DNA of 63,935 nucleotides, filler included, from Lenisia limosa (Eukaryota; Protista; Breviatea), in NCBI GenBank assembly GCA_001655205.1. It is 18 parts of 18 records of this genome, joined end to end, with 100 filler letters (N's around TTAATTAATTAA, not from the genome) between each part and the next. Parts side by side here need not be neighbours in the genome. Positions count along the whole stretch, not along the records: positions 55,256 to 59,160 come from LPNZ01006129.1; positions 59,261 to 60,369 come from LPNZ01007923.1; positions 60,470 to 61,924 come from LPNZ01004498.1; positions 62,025 to 63,935 come from LPNZ01006943.1; 14 more parts are not named here. The stretch is one strand, 5' to 3'. How positions within the stretch are numbered: the stretch's first letter is position 1; every line of letters starts with the position of its first letter. The translations under genes were made by a program, and so were the position numbers. Positions 58,301 through 63,935 of this stretch are shown piece by piece. The notes under the pieces are model-generated. The model did no database searches, had not been told where the DNA came from, and worked only from the letters and a program-made list of their open reading frames with translations.

Positions 58301-59160
58301 TACCAGGGTGTGGGGTGTGGCGTTCGTTGAATGTATCTGATAGCCTTGGGAGTGAAATGATATTCGAAAAATATCGATATTTTATCGATCATTTTTAACA
58401 TTTATGTTATTTTGTCAGGAGAGGAAACAGTTTATTTTTGTTATACTATTGTAAAGTGACTACGACATATCCTGCCAAGCAAAGAAAAAGCTCTATATCC
58501 GTATCAAGACCTATCGTGGTCAGTAATGTACAAGACTTTTTTGCAGTAAATTCTCTATTGAAACTAGGATCATAAAAGATAGTCTCTATTGAAACTAAGA
58601 TCGTAAAGATAAAGTCTATTGAAATAAGGATCGTAAAGATAAAGTCTCTATTAGAGCTTCATTTTCGGTTCAGATAACGTTTTAATTTTCGAGATTTTTC
58701 TAGGATTTTTTGAGAAATTTAGTCTTTTTTCAAAGCGTCGCCTGCGGTTGTAAAAAAGCCTGAGTTCTCGGTATTAAAACTAGGATTGAAACTAGGACCT
58801 TAAAGAAGAAGTCTCTATTAAAACTAGGATCATAAAGAGTAAAGTCTCTATTAAACCTAGGATCTTAGAGAAAAAGTCTCTTTGAAACTTGGATCATACA
58901 GAGTAAAGTCTCTATGAAACAAGAGTAAAGGTCTCTGAAACTAGGACCATAAAGATAAAGTCTCTATGAAACTAGGATCATAAAGATAAACTCTCTATTG
59001 AAAGAATGATCGTAAAGATCCAGTGGAACTCTACGATATTATGTTATCTTACCTTTTCTGGGGTGGATATATCCGGAACATCCTCGAGTGGAAGCGACAT
59101 AGAAGGCGGCACGGGTTTGCCCCTTCTCAAAGCGGCTCGGAGGTCGGCTGACGTGGCAAC
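55390..59160 (-). CDS. TRAPPC8: TRAPP III subunit TRAPPC8/Trs85, internal fragment
   Basis: TPWYNTYVREYCDSLPLISTDFSRHPTAVIVVVSS (cf. TPWF..YRE.F....DHEF..H.LAC.LV.SS), FYLVLHD, GCCISKDDEASI...FLLPALAKTISNLTAQVNERRKG, SPEGQHRLLADLHFMLQDY (cf. APELQIRKMADL.F..Q.Y). Confidence 0.88.
55565..55648. mobile_element. MITE family A copy in TRAPPC8 intron
   Basis: GGCTTCACTTCGGTTCG...TTTTTCGAACCGAAGTGAAGC. Confidence 0.85.
56670..56762. mobile_element. MITE family A, full copy in TRAPPC8 intron
   Basis: TA-GGGCTTCACTTCGGTT...CGAACCGAAGTGAAGTCC-TA. Confidence 0.9.
57219..57301 (+). repeat. Tandem duplication, 38-bp identical copies, period 45 bp
   Basis: CAGGATTTTATTCCCTACATTTGCCATCATCCCACTTA twice. 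Confidence 0.9.
58068..58162. mobile_element. MITE family A, full copy in TRAPPC8 intron
   Basis: GGGCTTCACTTCGGTTCGAAAAAGAC...TTTTTCGAACCAAAGTGAAGCCC-TA. Confidence 0.9.
58540..59015 (+). repeat. Family S: about 30-31-bp minisatellite array (AAGTCTCTATTGAAACTAGGATCATAAAGAT)n in TRAPPC8 intron
   Basis: About a dozen degenerate units; begins with leader TTTTGCAGTAAA. Confidence 0.92.
58654..58740. mobile_element. MITE family A, degenerate copy nested in the 31-bp minisatellite
   Basis: TA-GAGCTTCATTTTCGGTTC...GAGAAATTTAGTCTTTTTTC. Confidence 0.65.
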
Positions 59161-59399
59161 NNNNNNNNNNNNNNNNNNNNNNNNNNNNNNNNNNNNNNNN
59201 NNNNTTAATTAATTAANNNNNNNNNNNNNNNNNNNNNNNNNNNNNNNNNNNNNNNNNNNNAGGGTATTATGTAACTATTATTCCCATCTCAACATATCTC
59301 GTACATATAAGGGTGTATTGTCTGAGAATAGAGGTTCAATGAGAGGGTTAGTATTTTCGTTATTAATTACATAAAAGTGACAACACAAAACAGATACAT

Positions 59400-60285
59400 T
59401 TCTACACTGGGAAGCGGGGATATCTTATTATATGATAATGTTAGAAAAATGTCACATCCAGACAGCTTTAGTTGCCAATATGTACGAAGAGTTTTCTTTC
59501 ATTTTTTTTTAGTACATGTTTGGATTTCCATTTATCTGGTGTGGTATCCATATTCTTTGTTGGAATTAGACGGTAAGTCAGAAAAAGACAAAACAAACTC
59601 TCCATAATGAGACACAGTAGGCATAAAAACATCATAAAAAGGCCGAAAGCAGAAAGTGCAAGGGGTGTATTTTTGACAATCAAATATTTGTAAATTAACG
59701 AAGTAGCACTTTCTATAGCAGCCAACTAAGACTATGTGGAATATTTTTTTGAAAAACTAGAACCGGTTTGCACCCAGGAAAAAATACGGATATTTTTCTG
59801 TGTTTGTTTAAAAATAGACATAAGCCCCCCCCCACCTTGCACATCATACGTACACTGTCCAGTACGTCCGCGACAATACTAGAAATTTCCCGAATATGAG
59901 CTGGAGTGTTGGGCTGGAAGGGGGGGGGGGGGGNNNNNNNNNNNNNNNNNNNNNNNNNNNNNNNNNNNNNNNNNNNNNNNNNNNNNNNNNNNNNNNNNNN
60001 NNNNNNNNNNNNNNNNNNNNNNAACAGAGAGGAAACCCGGTAGTCATTAACGTGCACAAATCCCTTCTTGGCCAAATTAACATTAAACATTATATTATAT
60101 TATAACTTAGCCATGTCACCCACATTAGCAAGGGTAGCCGCGTTAGACAGACTGGCGAAGGGCTGAGTGATGGGGGCAAAAATCGCGTCATGCTTCATGG
60201 ACTTGTCTTCCCAGTCGGCTTGGCGGAGCCCATTGGTGGGGAAGGCACAGGCTGCGCTTAAAGCCACATAAGCTGCCTAATATGG
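59400..60285 (-). CDS. Spliced gene fragment, unknown function
   Basis: GSLCGFKRSLCLPTNGLRQADWEDKSMKHDAIFAPITQPF, KGFVHVNDYR, PNTPAHIREISSIVADVLDSVRMMCK with GT-AG sites. Confidence 0.55.
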
Positions 60286-60469
60286 TAAGTCAGTAGTTCC
60301 CCAATATGGCAATTGAAACTTGGGATTTATCTAACAATCCAAAGGAACATTCGTTTACCCCCCCCCCCCNNNNNNNNNNNNNNNNNNNNNNNNNNNNNNN
60401 NNNNNNNNNNNNNTTAATTAATTAANNNNNNNNNNNNNNNNNNNNNNNNNNNNNNNNNNNNNNNNNNNN

Positions 60470-61795
60470 CCAGCACCCCTCTGGGGGCCCGCCCGTGGCT
60501 TCTCGACTCGATTGTGACTACCACCTCCACAACTTCAATCTTCGTCAGTGTGGAAGATGCCGGTAAGCTCTACAGAAGAGATATTTGATTGGGTTGTGGG
60601 GGTGGGGGGTGTGGACGTGGGTGTTAGATGTGTTTGTCTCACCATTTTGGGATTCACTTCGGTACGAAATTCTCTAAAACTATCGACAAAAGGTCTTTTT
60701 CAGACCAGAGTGAAACTTTACTGACTCACCATCTAGCTGTGCGTTTGGCGTCTGTGAGGGGCATTACGGGTCTCGATGAGTTCCAAGTGGGTGGTGTATT
60801 TGGATTGCATGCCCTCCCTCCCTCCTTTTTTTTTATATATTTCCCCTGTTTGTTTTTTGTACGAACATTGTTGCTCCCCTAGCACCACAGTTAAAAGCAA
60901 AATTCAACAAGACAAGCCATAAAGAAGCCTTTTGGCGTTAAACGAAAAGTATCAATAAGCTATCGATGTTGATCGATGAGTTATCTAGTAATGTGAAGAG
61001 CTAAAGTCAACACCAACTAGAAAGATGTGGGGGGGGGGGTTAATCATCCCAATCTTCATTAAGTGTATCTGAAGATGTACATTGACATTGAGATAATGAA
61101 GATGAAGATGTGTTTCTGAAGATCTAAGATAGGAAATGATTGACCGCTTTTTGAGGATAAAGAAAGTGTTAACTCAAAGAGTGACCAAGTGATGATAACC
61201 TACATGTATGTAACATATCAGAAAATTAAATATATGCATATACGTTCATAGGAACCCCCTTTTAAAAACATGCACCAGAATCAACGAGCAGTAGAAGAGA
61301 GTGGTTGGGATGACAAATCTTACCATTTTTGTGAAAAGCTTCGTTCTTGCACAACTTGTGCTAATCGTAATCTTCCATTTCTAGCAACGTCTCCGATGTA
61401 CACTCCAACGATAACAAAAATCTAGAAAGTCTTAATGGCATGTTTTTAGTTGCAACTCTCTTTATTCTTGGAGTGTTAAATAAAAAAAAGTTAAAAAGTA
61501 TCAGATAAAGTAATGTTAATGAGTGATTTTCGTACAGTCCGTTACCCAACCATTTGAAATAAAATAATCCTTTTTAACCCCCTTGACATTGTTCTTCGTC
61601 ATCCTACTGCTTCCTTCTCCATCTCTTTCTTTTCCTATTGACATTTAGGCTTCAAATGAAGGGTTTATATTGATATGTGTTACAAGATATTCCTTTAACC
61701 CCCCTCAGTTCACAAGCCATCTCATCCGAGCATGCCTTGAAACCGCGGCGTCTGTTCCGGCCGCGGATGTGGAGGCTGCTTCAGCTCGGAGGGTG
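60470..61795 (+). CDS. Spliced gene fragment, unknown function
   Basis: PLGARPWLLDSIVTTTSTTSIFVSVEDA, AVRLASVRGITGLDEFQ, FTSHLIRACLETAASVPAADVEAASARR with GT-AG sites. Confidence 0.5.
60650..60718. mobile_element. MITE family A, degenerate copy
   Basis: GGATTCACTTCGGTACGAAA...GTCTTTTTCAGACCAGAGTGAAAC. Confidence 0.6.
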
Positions 61796-62033
61796 ACTGT
61801 CGTTATTTGGGTATGGCCGAATAATTTGAAACTCCAAACAGAAACAAAAACAAGCAATAACAACAATGAGCACCCCAATGTAAAACAAGACAATAAGAGA
61901 GACCATATAGCCCCCCCCCCCTCANNNNNNNNNNNNNNNNNNNNNNNNNNNNNNNNNNNNNNNNNNNNTTAATTAATTAANNNNNNNNNNNNNNNNNNNN
62001 NNNNNNNNNNNNNNNNNNNNNNNNAATGACCAG

Positions 62034-63682
62034 GTCAAGCCGGTCACAGAGGATGAAAGACCATCCCTTCTCAGCATCCTCCTCCCGACATTATTTGGCA
62101 AAGTGGGTGCAACTTGTGTTTGCTTATCATTGTTATTACTGTGTTTTTGCTATTATCATTATTATTACTGTGTTTGCTCTTATCATTTGCTATTATCGTT
62201 GTTATTACTGTGTTTGCGATTATCATGATCGATATTTCCCCGGGTTTTCCGAACCAAAATGAAGCCCTAGGGGTATGATAGAAGTATCCTTTACATCGGT
62301 AAAGAAAAAAGGTTCCAGTAATAAAAATGATAATAGCAAACACAGTAATAACAATGATAATAGCAAACACAGTTTTCGAGGATTTCTCGAGAAATTCCGT
62401 CTTTTTTTCGAACCGTAGTGAAGTCCAACCATATCCCTCCATAATACATTCTAACCTCTATCTGAAACTTCTATCCTAATAGACTTTGTTTTACAATTCT
62501 CTTGTGTTGATTTTGGGTTTGATATGATCTCCCCCTTACGCCAATATCCTTCACACCCACCCACCCCCTGCAGCTCCTGCAGCGCGTGGGTCTGAAGCGG
62601 CTGCGCACGACTCCGGAGGCGAGAAGAGCCCAAATCCTACTGTTCGTCTCTAGTTTGAGACCCGAGGAGGTGGGAAAGGGAGCGTTTAAACATTCAACTG
62701 TTTAAACCTGAACATGGAATTATATTGGTAAAACAAATGTCAACCTTGGTGTTTGGCACGATTTGCTCATTCTTTCATGTACAAATTTTCCATTGTTACG
62801 GGATGCGGTGCTGCAGAAGCTACTGGCCTGGGCTTTGTTTGTTTGTTGTTATCAACCCTCGTATGTTGTCAGCCAACAGAGTTGNNNNNNNNNNNNNNNN
62901 NNNNNNNNNNNNNNNNNNNNNNNNNNNNNNNNNNNNNNNNNNNNNNNNNNNNNNNNNNNNNNNNNNNNNNNNNNNNNNACCAGTTTGTTGCCATTGTGAT
63001 CGGTCCGTTTGCTCCAGCCGTTGCCAACTACCTCAACTCCTGTGGGTTTTATACCTCTTAGCTCTTTACGGCATCTTCAGTGCTCTTTATACCTGGAAGC
63101 TCTTGATCGAGCCTCTATTCCTCTGCTATTTTTACAGAATTACACATCTCTTCTGCGCTCTTTGTTGTACCCCATTGTAACAAAACTTTTATCCCTCATT
63201 ATTCCCCGGATTACCTGTGATACCCCCCCCCCCCACTATACCCCAGGTTTCTCTATCATTCATTCTACTCCTCTCCCCCGCATCCCATAATACCCCAGGT
63301 TCTGCAGATCTGAGTCCGGAGCTGATCGACACTCTTCATGCCACCGGCCTTGGCAGGATGGTGCGTCTGGGGGGGGGGGGNNNNNNNNNNNNNNNNNNNN
63401 NNNNNNNNNNNNNNNNNNNNNNNNNNNNNNNNNNNNNNNNNNNNNNNNNNNNNNNNNNNNNNNNNNNNNNNNNNNNNNNNNNNNNNNNNNNNNNNNNNNN
63501 NNNNNNNNNNNNNCTTGTGTTTCTCAAATGTTTCGCCAACAGAGTCGATTCTTACTTTTGTTTGAAAAACATGTCCAATTTCACCCCGCAGATTGGCTTT
63601 GTCAACGTTCTCGAGGACCTCCTGAGACACGCAGCCCACACCCTGTCCATGACCTCGCGTCACGCCATCATTGCCGCTGTCT
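62034..63682 (+). CDS. UTP20: UTP20 (U3 snoRNP / SSU processome HEAT protein), internal fragment
   Basis: ERPSLLSILLPTLFGKL...ARRAQILLFVSSLRPEE...FVAIVIGPF...IGFVNVLEDLLRHAAHTL parallels UTP20 (LMRILYGRM...RMAIVLRFLAGTQPEEIQIFLDLLFEP...GILNSLEIVLKNISH). Confidence 0.65.
62222..62426. mobile_element. Two right-half MITE family A pieces in a UTP20 intron
   Basis: ...TTTTCCGAACCAAAATGAAGCCC-TA (to 62268) and ...GTCTTTTTTTCGAACCGTAGTGAAGTCC (to about 62426); another right half at about 57445-57500. Confidence 0.7.
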
Positions 63683-63935
63683 GTATGTTTGTCAGGTGGG
63701 TGGTCGAATGCGCTTTGAATTCTTAACCAACGCGTGTATAATATCTGTGAAATGATCTTCCCTTCCCCATCAAACAAATTTAGCACATCTTATAACCTTC
63801 CACCCCCTGGGCGTTGTTTGTTTTGTTGTTATCAATTCTAGTGTATCCTAGTGTGTTGTGAGCCAACAGTGTTGATTTGGGCTTTTTAGTTGTTTCATAA
63901 ATTTTCCAATGTACCCGACTGGCCTGGCCTTTGTT
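62770..63935 (+). repeat. Family B copies in UTP20 introns (62770-62884 and 63811-63935)
   Basis: GGGATGCGGTGCTGCAGAAGCTACTGGCCTGGGCTTTG...AGCCAACAGAGTTG; second copy is head-to-tail. Confidence 0.85.

Larger units (their letters stand above)
3842..62024. other. 17 artificial scaffold spacers (N44-TTAATTAATTAA-N44); window = 18 concatenated scaffolds
   Basis: TTAATTAATTAA inside N runs at 3886, 10550, 13570, 23061, 24468, 27408, 34240, 37311, 40647, 42982, 44572, 46259, 53284, 55200, 59205, 60414, 61969; a stop-in-all-frames linker used to build pseudomolecules. Confidence 0.97.

Noticed and set aside
3886-61980. Recurring TTAATTAATTAA as a biological motif, and any gene cluster spanning the window
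   Set aside because: Always centred in an exact 100-nt N spacer; it is an assembly linker, so cross-spacer neighbourhoods are meaningless.
3050-62426. Recurring palindromic repeats as a CRISPR array or REP elements
   Set aside because: Dispersed in eukaryotic introns, not regularly spaced, no cas genes; TIR plus TA flanks fit MITEs.
76-63786. Most ORF-track entries as stand-alone genes, especially those running through X stretches
   Set aside because: They read through N gaps or introns; the real genes are spliced chains of short exons.
1-63935. Alternative genetic code, rRNA/tRNA genes, telomeric arrays, viral or bacterial inserts
   Set aside because: Conserved exons are open in the standard code and all three stops end genes; no tRNA cloverleaf, rRNA motif, TTAGGG-type array or intronless gene-dense block was seen.

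Overview
This is eukaryotic, very intron-rich genomic DNA, and it is not one locus. Seventeen artificial spacers (44 N + TTAATTAATTAA + 44 N) join 18 small, gappy scaffolds, so adjacency across a spacer has no biological meaning. Exons are mostly 40-200 nt, introns are GT-AG and about 30-700 nt, and the standard genetic code fits (TAA, TGA and TAG all seen as stops). I stitched exons by eye and recognised, by recalled motif similarity: an S53 sedolisin/TPP1-like protease, Nup62/Nsp1, a LisH-REM-CDC25 RasGEF, a DOCK-A/B GEF (C2/DHR-1 region), RME-8/DNAJC13, a Swf1/ZDHHC4-like DHHC palmitoyltransferase, TRAPPC8/Trs85 and UTP20. About ten other spliced genes remain unidentified. The gene set suggests an amoebozoan-type protist (inference only). 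Mobile DNA includes decayed CRE-like and L1/Tx1-like non-LTR retroelements, two Ty3/gypsy integrase relics, and at least six families of short non-coding repeats, mostly in introns. These are three TA-flanked inverted-repeat families (about 95, 76 and 625 bp), a minisatellite-carrying element, a bipartite repeat, and a sense-biased repeat whose 3' end forms intron acceptor regions. The best candidates for novel biology are (i) the repeat family that appears to supply branch-point/poly-C/AG 3' splice signals in unrelated genes (introner-like), and (ii) an intron architecture with G-runs after donors and C-runs before acceptors, which could bridge intron ends by base pairing. No rRNA, tRNA or CRISPR array was seen. 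All gene boundaries are approximate and most genes are truncated by scaffold ends.
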